From Malacoraja senta (lineage: Eukaryota): 64,000 nt of DNA. Both the position numbers and the translations under genes were made by a program. The notes under the pieces are model-generated. The model did no database searches, was not told the origin of the DNA, and was given only the letters and a program-made list of their open reading frames with translations. This document shows, piece after piece, positions 1 to 11,000 of the stretch. The first letter of the stretch is position 1. Every line of letters starts with the position of its first letter. The stretch spans positions 62,001 to 126,000 of the forward strand of contig JAXLNO010006072.1 of assembly GCA_038087875.1 (NCBI GenBank), read 5' to 3'.

Positions 1-94
1 TAGTAACCTCCCTACTATTGGTCATTGTCTCACCTAATAAACATTATTTTCTGGGATTTGTGGATATGTGCAGCAAGATCCCTCTATTTCTTGA

Positions 95-184
95 AGAAGG
101 GTTTCGGCCCGAAACGTTGCCTATTTCCTTCGCTCCATAGATGCTGCTGCACCCGCTGAGTTTCTCCAGCATTTTTGTGTACCT
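95..184 (+). mobile_element. Short Penelope-like element (PLE) tail with minimal hammerhead motif
   Basis: (tt)GAAGA-AGGGtttcggCCC-GAAACGTT followed by the conserved PLE tail; 12-bp TSD tctatttcttga at 83-94 and 185-196. Confidence 0.8.
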
Positions 185-864
185 TCTATTTCTTGATCTC
201 TCAGCAACCTACTATTTTGTTCCTCTGCCTTGTTTGACCTTCCCAAATGCATTGACCTACACTTCCTCAGATGGAATGCAGTTTGCCTTTTTTTTCAGAA
301 CCAGTTTTAAAAGCATTGCACAATTTTATATTTAACATTTCACGCCTCAAGCATGAAACAGACTGTGTATCTCTGGTCATACAGAAGGTTAATTTTGATG
401 GAGTAGTGAATTTATGCAATTAGCAAACTGCCTATTCCCTAATGGGATAGATTTGCACAGTGTCGAATGAAACTAATTACACAGAAGAGAAGTTCGATGT
501 CACAATATTTGACAAGACAATAGCACATTATCTGGAATAGATCACTTAGAACAAAGTTAATTATTAGCTATCTATACATGTTGATAATTACGATATTTAC
601 TTATGAACTATAGACAAGGATCATTTGTTCTTTAAATGTTTAATCTTTATTGACCTTCACTTGAGGACTCGGGCATGGCCCGAGTTTACCCTGGCCACTA
701 CAAGCTAAATAATTGGATGATTTATCACCACTGTAACATATTTAACCATTTTAGGTCTTACACAATGTTGAAAATTTAAGATTATTGATAATTTAATATG
801 GGATTTCATGTTTATTTTTTAAATTAACATTAAAAAAATATATATTTTTCTTGCTTGGAAATTT

Positions 865-1155
865 ATGAAATTAATTGTTGTTGTATTATTTGGATTTGGT
901 TTCAAATACATGTTCTGGAAAGATCAAATTGCTACACTATGGACAGGGGATTCTAAAATAACACATAGATCATGCAGACGATTGTCAGATGTAATCTGTC
1001 AGAAAGTGGAGCTGAAGTCACAGGACAGCGGCATTGACTCCATGGAAAATTGCACATTGAACGATTACACCTTCTGTAAGCACACACTTCAGATCTTAGA
1101 GGATCCCACAGACTACGTTATCAACAAAGATGGAGCCCCATTAGTCTCATCCTAA
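865..1155 (+). CDS. Candidate antisense nested ORF or terminal exon (…RSCRRLSDVICQKVELKSQDSGIDSMENCTLNDYTFCKHTLQILEDPTDYVINKDGAPLVSS*)
   Basis: Non-repeat; 969-1155 looks more GC-balanced than its AT-rich flanks; protein-like composition; AATAAA overlaps the stop. No strong acceptor and no recognised homolog. Confidence 0.25.
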   Translation: MKLIVVVLFGFGFKYMFWKDQIATLWTGDSKITHRSCRRLSDVICQKVELKSQDSGIDSMENCTLNDYTFCKHTLQILEDPTDYVINKDGAPLVSS

Positions 1156-1959
1156 TAAAATTTAGAATTAAGTTTAATCTCGACTCGTTTGTTTATACCC
1201 TATCTATTTCAGCCCTGTTTTTCTTTTATGTTCACCGATTAGCATCACACCCAAGTGGTGAAAAAACAGGTTGTCATTCATAGACGTTCATTCATTTGAA
1301 AAAAAAACAGGGAACTAGCAAGTGGGTCATGATATTTACAGAGATAAAGCCTAAGGTAACAATTGAGACACACAGAGTTCCAGGAACTTCGAGGTGTCTA
1401 TGCACACGTTGGCAATGCTTCACTTGAACAACTTTGAGCTTTGTCAACAGCCAGATTCAGAAGTTGGAGCTCATTGGGCAGGATAGCAGGATGGCAAGTT
1501 AGAATTGTCCACAAATGTCCAGAGGTTCTATAGGTGGCGGGTGGTGTGAATGCATGCGGGGGAGAGGGGTTGGTTGACAGAAATTGGGGGGTGGGTTAGA
1601 GTAGGGTGATATTTCTCTTTCCAGATCCACTGATGTAATGTAATTGCTCTAGACTCTGGGGAGGGGCTATGGTACTTAAAACTACCACTCCAAGACCCCC
1701 CCCCCCCCCGAGGCAAAGTGGCATTGTTCCTTCAGATCTCAGTGGTGCTCTCCAACCACATTATTAAATCTGTAAGTCTAGCACTCATTACTATTGTTAA
1801 ATAACCTGGCCCATCACTGTAGAGTAGTTTAGTCTACCAAATCTTCACCCTCCTCCATTAAAACTACGTGGGCATGCTCGGGCCTGATAGCGAAAGAGTT
1901 TCAGATCTTGGAAATACTATACTGGATTAGGGTCAAATTTCATAGTGCATTGAAGCGAC

Positions 1960-2185
1960 TTATCAAGTGGTATGGTTTCAAGATAAGGGAGTTGAAGTGA
2001 GAAAAAAAAACTTCATACAAAGATTGTAAATCTTCAACTGCTCAGATTAAGTTTATTCATCATTATTCAATGTTTTGGGACCCAAGGAAAGTAATATGTG
2101 GAGTGGGCAGGGAAAATGGACATGAAATATAGTCTCAATGGTGATTGTAATGAAAGATAGAGCAGGCCTGAGAGGCTAAATCAAG
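1960..2185 (+). mobile_element. Old CR1 3' fragment
   Basis: Degenerate match to the CR1 3' end (aagataaggg…agcaggcctgagaggctaaat). Confidence 0.45.
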
Positions 2186-2571
2186 GTCCTTGGCCAACTT
2201 AGGGTCGTTTTAAGTTCTTAAATACCATTGCTTTCTTGACCAGGAGCAAATTGTGCGCTGGCAGACTGCACTGCTGATATTTACACAGATTGGACACAAA
2301 TTGCTGCCCCCCCACCCCTCCCATTCTTAGTCACTGTACTGTATGCGTGTTTCATATTTTTTTCGAAGTTTATCAAGTGAAATTTTTATATTATAACTCA
2401 GTTTTATTTTACAAACTCTGTGAATTTTAAACAGCTAGAATGTTCATATCTTTAGCAGACATTCATTATAGTTCTGTAGATTGGAAAATAGCAATGAATA
2501 CGATTAATCTCTTACAATAATTGTTTAATGTATTACTTTATGTGATGCCATCACTTTCCAAAGAATGGCCC

Positions 2572-2657
2572 ACTGGAGTAACTCAGCAGTTAAGGCAACA
2601 TCTCTGTAGAACATAGATAAGTGATGTTTTGGGTTGAGACCCTTCTTTAGACTGATT
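2572..2657 (-). mobile_element. Degenerate PLE tail with mutated hammerhead
   Basis: Reverse complement reads CTAAAGA-AGGGTctcaACCC-AAAACATC…CTGCTGAGTTACTCCAG. Confidence 0.7.
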
Positions 2658-3364
2658 GTAAGCATTATGCACTCTCACTAGAACTTATCAGCCTCAATGT
2701 TTTAATCTACACGGCACTCCTTTTGTTATAACGGTGTTTCCTCTAATCTACTGTGAATAACTCTAAGAGGTTGCTAAATGTTTAAACATGTTGGCGTGTT
2801 ATTTTTAAGACAAAGAGAATACCATCAACAGAAAATAATATGTAACAGAAATCACACCATGTGCATGACTATTTTATGATCTGCTCATAAAATAAACAAG
2901 AGATGTCAAAGAAAGAATTTGTGACAATCCAAAACTTGGAGGAAGGTCAGAGATGCTACATTATCATTCCCACAATGATTCTGTTTCATACTAGAAAAAT
3001 ACCCAATGAGATGGCATGATCTTTATGGAGGAATACATTTTGTCTCATTGTTATAAGAAATCATCAAATTTTAATCAGAAGCAGCAACAAAAGTCCTCAA
3101 TCAAAACAGACACGTTTCAAAAGAATTAATGCATCTAAAAATGGAGCTATGACATTCGTTGTTATTCAATAATTAAATGTGCAAAATTATATGGTAATTT
3201 AGAAGACTTTCTAAATCACATTTTACTACTTTCATGTAACAAATGGTCAGTGTCACCTTAAAAATGAATTAGATTAAGTGACCTATGCTTTCATTTTGAG
3301 TTTAGAGCTTATTTTAATATTTTATATGAATGAACATGTTCCTCCCAATTACATAATGAATAAT

Positions 3365-3544
3365 GTGTAAGAAAGAACTTCAGATGCTGGTTTAAGTCGA
3401 AGGTAGAGACAAAATGCTGGAGTAACTCAGCGGGTGAGTCAGCATCTCTGGAGAGAAGGAATGAGTGACGTTTCGGGTCGAGACCCTTATTCAGACTGAT
3501 GTCAGGGGAGGGGGCAGGGCAAAGATAGAGTGTAGGCAGAGACG
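3365..3544 (-). mobile_element. PLE tail with hammerhead motif
   Basis: Reverse complement CTGAATA-AGGGTctcgACCC-GAAACGTC; 11-bp TSD taatgaataat at 3354-3364 and 3545-3555. Confidence 0.85.
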
Positions 3545-3756
3545 TAATGAATAATCTTTGTTCTTCAATATTTTCAAGAGTTTGCACGATAAATATTCAA
3601 GATATTTCAAATACAATGATTCACTCCGTTGCACATTGTCATACAGCACTAGCCTTACGAAGCACAAGAAAAAGCATCAATTATAATGATTTTAGTCCTG
3701 TTCACATATTGCCTGCTAACTAGATATTTGGTGGATACAGATCAGAATTACAGAAT

Positions 3757-3931
3757 GTGTAGGAAGGAATTGCAGATAGACACAAAATGCTGGAGTAACT
3801 CAGCGGGACCGGCAGCATCTCTGGAGAGAAAGAATGGATGATGTTTTGGGTCGAGACAAAACGTCACCCATTCCTTCTCTCCAGAGATGCTGCCAGTCCT
3901 GCTGAATTAATCCAGCTTTTTGTGACCATCT
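3757..3931. mobile_element. Fold-back (inverted pair) of PLE tails
   Basis: Arms about 3781-3847 and 3859-3924 are reverse complements; 13-bp TSD agaattacagaat at 3744-3756 and 3932-3944. Confidence 0.85.
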
Positions 3932-5202
3932 AGAATTACAGAATTAACTGAAAATAATGATACGTTGCCTAATTCAGTCTGATTATTGTGGCATTCTTTT
4001 CTGCACAAAAAGGGGTAGTAGATATCCATTTGTATATATGCTTTCTTTTAGGCATTTAATTAACATTTACCATCTATTATTATCTCAAGCTTACCTCATG
4101 CTTAAAAGCTTTGGCTTGTTCTTCACAACCTGGCAAACTCAGTATAAATTCAGATACCTACAAATATTACCAGACACAATAATAAATCATTATATAGCAA
4201 ACAGCACACACAGAAGAGTAACCATTGACATATTTAGAATAATCAATATTTACCATTAACATTTAACAGTAAAGCTCCTCTCCCTGCTGATGGTGCATCA
4301 GGTCCCTAGTAATGATTCACAGGCTGAAGGCAGAAGCATCATTAGCCTTATTGTTGATTACTGCTAATCAACTCATCTGTCACTAAAAAGTGTGACCTTC
4401 CTCGTGTTCAATTTGTTTTAGACGTTTTAGAATTTAAAAATCTAAAGTTTCTGTAGTTAAGAAAAAAAATCCCTTTCCTCTCGCTCTTTTAGCACTGTCA
4501 CTTTTTTCATCTCTTTTTGTAGCTAATTTCAACTGAATTCACACAATCTGTTTTACATTCAACATATATTCCCATCTTCATGATCATTCCATGTACCTTT
4601 ATTATTATTGATGTTCCCTTTGACCGCTAAATTACTTAACTCGACAAGTTAATTTCTACACTGCAATCACAACAGATTTATTTCAGTCAATACTCTGCAA
4701 CTGAGGGAGAAAGTGTGTTTTGTTTCCATGGAATTGATGGCTGACCATTGCACTCAGAGCAACATTTGACTACCATCCATTGATCAGGCATCTGACCCTT
4801 ATCCAAGGTTACTGTACCATTTGATAATAAATAACTGACTGCATTACTATTAATCTGAGAGCTAATATGGGCCAAAGAGTTTCTTAACTCAAAATCAAAT
4901 GTACGAAATGGCAGCTGCCGAGAAATTAGTCCCATCTTCACTTGTTTTAGCCTTGCAGCAAAATTCGCACCTATAATAAGTTTTGAACATTAATGTGGAT
5001 ATTTTGTTGTGAAATCTCCCAATTTGGAAATTGGATTGAGCATTAAAATATTTTGAAAACTTTGTTCTTTGCATTAGTTTACTAAGGTGCAATTTATCTT
5101 GTATTTATTTTTGAATTGTTTGTGGAAAATTGTGATAATGGAGGTGGGTTGTTCTAAGGCAAGAGAGACCCAAGATCTCAGAATGGGCGAGGGAACAGAG
5201 TT

Positions 5203-5815
5203 ATAGAGCACTGAAAAGCCCTTTCAGTCCACTTTATCCAATTTGACATACTGAGATAGTCACATCTGCCTGCACCAGGCCCATAGTCCTCAACCCTTCC
5301 TATTCTTACCACCACCGAGTGTGACTGAGGAGTGAATGAATAATGCGATGTAAAGCGCCTTGGGTATTAGAAAGGCGCTATATAAATCCAATCCATTATT
5401 ATTATTATTCATATAACAAGCCGTTTCTTTTAAAAGTCATAATTGTATCCACTTTCTCTGACAGCTCATTCCCGATATAGTCTTCCCTCCAAGTGAAAAG
5501 GCTGCCGCTTGTCCCTCTTAAATATCTCCCTTTTCACCTTTTGCCCTTGTCCTCTTTTAGAATCCTCTGCCTTGGGAAAAAGACTGAGAGTTCACTTTAT
5601 TCATGTCCCTCATGATCTTGTGTACCTCAATAAGGTCACCCCTGAGCCCCTCCACAGAAAAAAGACACAGCCTAACCAACCTCTCGCTATAACTCAAGCC
5701 TGCGAGTCCAGGTATCGTCTTGATTAATCTTAATTCATTTAATTCAACTTAATGACTTCCTTCCTATACTTGGATAACCAGAACTGCACACATTACTCCA
5801 TGTGGGGCATTTCTT
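5203..5815 (-). mobile_element. Old CR1 3' fragment
   Basis: Degenerate CR1 RT C-terminus and 3' UTR (ccagaactgcacaca, aaggtcacccct). Confidence 0.65.
5306..5410 (+). mobile_element. 3' tail of an L2-type SINE/LINE nested in the old CR1
   Basis: Stem-loop agcgcctt-gggtattaga-aaggcgct, then atataaatccaatcc(att)n tail; tattc duplicated at both ends. Confidence 0.65.
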
Positions 5816-6400
5816 GTCTTGCTAGCCAACGAAAGACACTTAAAAAAAAATCAACATCTTGTTTTCAGTCTTTTCTCGCAACACGCCTCTTTGGAAATTT
5901 TCATTAATGCTGCAGGATACTGGGAATTAGATGCACATACTAGGATTGCGCGCATGTTACCATGCCATTTGAGAGGCCGTCATTAGTTCATGGCTATCTG
6001 AATAAAAAAATCTCATTAAAATGCTTTGCAATTTTAATGGTTTGGATGGTTCCTACTGGTAATATTAATTTTCTGCCTTCAATTCTACAATAATATTGAG
6101 GCTATAGTCCTTTCCTAATTTTTTAATGGTGCCGTGTTGGCAAATTAGGTTGAATTAAATAAGGGTACATTCGGAGCTTGTTATTAATGTTTCCTTCAAG
6201 GCATACCTCTCCCATCGTTCAAACCTGATAACCCATGAAGTTGCTTAGTGCTAAAACAGGGACTTCTAAATGTAATAAAAATTACAATTCACAAATCACA
6301 GTGGAAGTAACTGAATCATCAATAGAACTTATTTGCTGCAAAACATTTAACATGAAATTAACATACTATAATGTAATAAAAAAAGTTACTTCCTATTTAC

Positions 6401-6564
6401 CTCATCAATTGTCCACTTTGCTACTTTTCTGGCAGTGATGCCAGCAACTCCAGGTAATAGTTTGCTGTGTTGTTCCCAACAGAGAGGTGGACTGGGCACT
6501 GGGCACGCAGAGGACATAAACACTGACTGGTGCAATGCTTGCTGCAGGCTGAAATCATCATTTT
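6401..6564 (-). CDS. L3MBTL3: L3MBTL3 exon K (164 nt): ENDDFSLQQALHQSVFMSSACPVPSPPLCWEQHSKLLPGVAGITARKVAKWTIDE
   Basis: cag acceptor, gtaaat donor; pre-SAM and first SAM helix (KWTIDE). Confidence 0.93.
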
Positions 6565-6950
6565 CTGTAGAGAGTACATTTTATGTTACAGATTCACTTT
6601 AAAAATAACAGCAAATATTAGATGAGCAATTTCCTTAATTATGCATTTCAAACTAAAGTAGAAACAATTATTTCCCACAAAATTAAAGTCAATTTATGTT
6701 TTTACCAAAAAATGTAAATTTGGAAACAACTCAACTTTATATAGTCACACTTAAATACCCAATTTAACTTTGTTCTAAAACACACGTAGTTTATGCTCGA
6801 CAAGCCTTACTGATTTTTATTAAAGAGATTACTTGAGTAATTGAAGGGAGAAGGCATCTGAAAGTCACTTGGAAGGATTTCCAGAAGGCATTTGGTAAAA
6901 TTTCTCATTAGAGACTGTTACCTGAAGCTGCTCATGGGTGACAGAAAGCA

Positions 6951-7931
6951 GCGATGCCAGCAACTCCAGGTAATAGTTTGCTGTGTTGTTCCCAGCAGAG
7001 AGGCAGACACTGGGCACGCTGAGGACACAGAGCTGGGTGGCAGTGTGAACAGCAAAGAGGATGCTTTGAAGGTACAGGGTGATCTGGACAGGTTGAGTGA
7101 GTGGGCAGATGCATGGCAGATGCAGTATGATGTAGATAAATGTGAGGTTGTCCACTTTGGTGGCAAGAACAAGGGGGCAGATTATTATCTCAATGGTGTC
7201 AGATTAGGAAAAAGGGAAGTTCAACGAGACCTGGGTGTCCTTGTACACCAGTCACTGAAAGTAAACATGCAGGTACAGCAGGCAGTGAAGAAAGCTAATG
7301 GCATGCTGGCCTTCATAACAAGAGGATTTGAGTGTACGAGTCAAGAGGTCCTTCTGCAGTTCTACAGGGCCCAGTATTGTGTGCAGTTTTAGTCTCCTAA
7401 TTTGAGGAAGGACATCCTTGCTATTGAGGGAGTACAGCGTAAGTTCACGAGGTTAGTCCCCAGGATGACGGGACTGTCATATGAGGAAAGATTGGAACGA
7501 TTGGGCTTGTATTGTCTGGAATTTGGAAGGATGAGAGGATATCTTATAGAAACATAAAATTATAAAAGGACTGGACAAGCTAGATGCAGGAAAAATGTTC
7601 CCAATGTTGGGGGAGCCCAGAACCAGGGGCCACAGTCTAAGAATAAAGGGGAAATCATTTAAAACTGACATGAGAAAAAATGTTTTCACGCAGAGAATTG
7701 TGAATTTGTGGAATTCTCTGCCACTGAAAGTAGTAGAGGTCAATTCACTGGATGAATTAAAAAGAGAGTTAGATAGAGCTCTTGTGGCTTGTGGAATCAA
7801 GGGGTATGGGGAGAAGGCAGGTAGGGGTTACTGATTATGGATGATCAGCCATGATTACAATGAATGGTGGTGCTGGCTCGAAGGGCCGAATGGCCTCCTC
7901 CTGCACCTATTTTCTATGTTGCAATGTTTCT
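6951..7931 (+). mobile_element. 5'-truncated CR1 whose 5' end is a captured copy of part of L3MBTL3 exon K
   Basis: 6948-7031 matches exon K 6432-6520; about 7022-7931 is CR1 RT C-terminus plus tail (ttttctatgtt); aagca TSD at 6946-6950 and 7932-7936. Confidence 0.85.
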
Positions 7932-7998
7932 AAGCAAGGATAATACGCAGGTGCACTGATTTGCAGTTTGTGACTGGTGGTGTCACATGGGGGTCTAC

Positions 7999-8036
7999 AT
8001 CAAGAGTCAAAAGTGTGTCATTGTCATATGTCCCAG
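7999..8036 (-). mobile_element. Rex1/Babar 3' terminus, separated from its body by Tx1
   Basis: Reverse complement acatatgacaatgacacacttttgactcttga; same tail as at 17480-17510. Confidence 0.65.
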
Positions 8037-11000
8037 AGGGAGAGGGAGAGGGAGAGGGAGATTGTGTCTGTCTCAGCTCCGGCGGCTGAGAAGTTTTGAA
8101 GCAACCTTTCAAGGTTCTTGTCGAAGGAAGAGGGACAGAGGCAGTGAGAGGCAGAAATAGAGTCCTAATGTGGGACTGCTGAAACTTTCCTTTGTTCGAG
8201 GATTTCTCCATTTTGTATGGAACTCCTGAGTTCTTCTGCACCGCCGCGGGAGCGGCCGTGGCTGGCGGATTGCCAAGAGTGCCTGGAGATCGAGGGTAGG
8301 AAAGACTTCGGTGTCTTTGATGTTTCTAACACCGATTCTCTGCCCTAATACCGTTTTGCACAGTGCAGCTGCCTGGGCTTAATGTGAAGAATGTACTTTT
8401 CCTCCGGCAGGGCTTTAAAAGAGCCTCCCAAAAGCTGCTCTCGGCTGTTCTTGAGCTTGGGGACTTTCCATACTTCGGCTGGAGGAAACTGCTTCTGCTG
8501 CTTATCCAGACTGTGACTGTCTCGGAGATTCGCTTTTGAGCTGAGTTGCTGGTGTTCCTGGAGCTGGTTTGTGCCACTGTCAAGATGGCGGGGGCTCGGT
8601 CAAGGGCTCGGAGTTACGCAGCTGTGGTTTTGGAGGCGGTTTCTAAGCCATTTGAGGATGAGCCTCATGTTGACTTGGATTGGGATATATATGGGATCTC
8701 GGTCCAAACCGGGTTCCTGTGGAGTAGGGGTGCAATTGCGAAGGGCTTGCACAACCTTTTCAAGAGGGATGTTATTGCCTCTTCTGAGACTGCAGGAGGG
8801 AAGGTTAAGTTGCTATTAAAGTCCCGGGAGGATGTGGCCCTACCATTGGAGAGGGGGCTCACAGTGAAGGGGGTCTATATACCGGTGGAACCGTGGGTTT
8901 CCACTGTGAGACCGGTTCTCCTGCGGAATTGTCCCACGTTTCTCCGGGATGCAAAACTTCTTCCACGCTTGGCTAAGATTGGGGAGGTGCGGTAATGCTA
9001 ACTCAAGCTTATTAGGCTTATGCACCCCGGGAATGACCCGTATGAAAAAGGGGTCTTGAGTTTCAAGAGGAGGGTTTTATGAAGGTGGGAGAGGGGTTGG
9101 GCGCTGAGGGGAGCTTCGTTGTGGAGCATAAGGGTCTCCCCAGACGAGTGTATTGGAGTTGGGGAGAGACACAGTGTCATGCGTGCAGTGAGTTTGGACA
9201 TCTCCGTAGGGAGTGTCCCAATCGCCGGGCCGCTGCTAGAAATTCTAATGCAGCGGCCCAGGAATGCACTGCTGGCCAGTCCGGGGTGGCCGGTTGTGCC
9301 TCGGTGGGTCGGGGTGGTACTGCTGACTCGGCTGGAGCTGCTAGTTCCGCCTCGGTGAACAGGGGCGGTAATGCTAACCCTTCTGGGGCTGCAAGTTCTG
9401 CCTTGGCGACCCGGGGCACTGATGGCCCCCGCCCCCCACGCCCTGAGCATGTGGTGGTGGTTGATGGCGAGGCGCAGAGGAAGGGCGAAGGGGGGGGGGA
9501 GGGAGGTTGGGTGAAGCAGAAGGGGAAGCAGATGGGCCCTTGCCAAGACCTGAGACCACCCAAGGGGTGCCTGATGGCCCCAGTGAGGTCCAGGATGCAC
9601 CTGGTGTGGCTCAGCAAGGAGCTGAGCTGGTTCAGAAGGGGGCAGGGGAGGTAAAACGTGGGGGTGGTAAAGAGGCAGCGGGTAGTGTGGAGGCGGAGGA
9701 CCCTTCCTTTATGGAGGTCACCGTACCGCTGCATGTCAGTGGGACAAAAAGGTGTGCACTCGGCGAGGGAGAGCAGGGTCGTGGGTGCAAAGTAAGGGGG
9801 ACGCATACTTCGAGACCTTCCACCCCTCATGAGGATGGTGGCCACGAACTGGCATCTTCTGGGCCGGAGGTTGGGCCTCTGTTTCAGGGATACCAGACCA
9901 GGTACTGGGGTTGAATCCCCTGGAATTGTATCCTCTGGGCCGGTGGTTGTCCCCTCATCTCAGGGGCCTTCTGAGGGAGTTATCTCAATCGGGTATTGAG
10001 GTTAGCTCCGCTGGGAATGTCCTCTGGGTCGGAGGAGGTCCCCTCATTTCAGAGGCCTTCTGAGGGTGTTGGCACGCCAGTTGTTGGGGTTGGAACCCTG
10101 GAAATGTGTTCCCTGGGATGGGGGATGAGCAGAGTCAGCCAGAAGGGGGAGGCTCGGGGGGTATCAATATTCCAGTCTGTGCTCCTTATTAGAGCCAGTG
10201 GAGGTGCTGTGGGGTGTGCTGCCTCACCGGTTGAGGTAGTAGGGGAGACTCCAAAAACACCAGCTCTTTCAGTGGGTCTTGGTGAGGATGCTCCCCTGGT
10301 GGTGGAGGGTGGAGACTCTGGGTGTTGCCAGTGGAGTGGGAACTCTGGGTGCTGTGGGGGTCGGGGCTGTTTCGGGTTGTGACCTTCTTTCGGATTCCGG
10401 GGGTGCCTGCGCACCACGGGCCTTGGGGGCGCCTCTTGTTTTTTCTTCCCGAGGCCCAGACGTGGGGGGTGATGGGAGAGTGCAGGAGCCTGGCCTTTCA
10501 CCAGACAGCTTGTTGCTGTCAGGGGTATCGGGACCCTCCCTCGTCATTGATCCTGGGGTGATGTCATGCCGGAGTAGGGGGAGAGTGATGGAGTTTTCAG
10601 TGAGCTGTAGTCCTTCGAACTCTGACAATGACGTTGTGCAGAGGAGGATGCAGCTCCAGGTGTGTGTGGGTTGGCAGAGTGCCCAAAGTCCAGGGTTGTG
10701 TCTCAAACAGTCATCATCTGTGAAATTCGGGACTTTCCTAAAACAAGCAGGAGTGCCAGGACTAAAATTGAAGCGGTGCGGAGGCAGTGGTCAGATCTGT
10801 CGGGATTTATTAAGACTCTCGAGATTATCCTTGGCAGCAATGATAGTGATCTGCCCGAGTCTGAGAAGCGTCAGTTTGGGGACTTTTTGAAGTTCCTCAG
10901 GGAGAAAGTATCCGAGTCCACGAGGAGTGTGAGGATCACAATCTAGTGTGTTTGCACATTCACAGTAGCCACACTAAATTTAAATGGTAGTAGAGCAAGC

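Noticed and set aside
1-6400. Remaining SAM-domain exons of L3MBTL3
   Set aside because: No minus-strand match to LPGCEE or IDGEAFLL found by eye; presumed to lie left of the window.
6948-7031. Exon K copy as a mutually exclusive exon
   Set aside because: It lacks both splice sites and has a 5-nt frameshifting deletion.
6892-7392. 166-aa + strand ORF as a chimeric gene
   Set aside because: Non-ATG start; antisense exon copy read into a CR1 RT fragment that stops early.
8998-10946. Many overlapping 100-220 aa ORFs
   Set aside because: Shadows of the GC-rich, disrupted Tx1 ORF1 linker.
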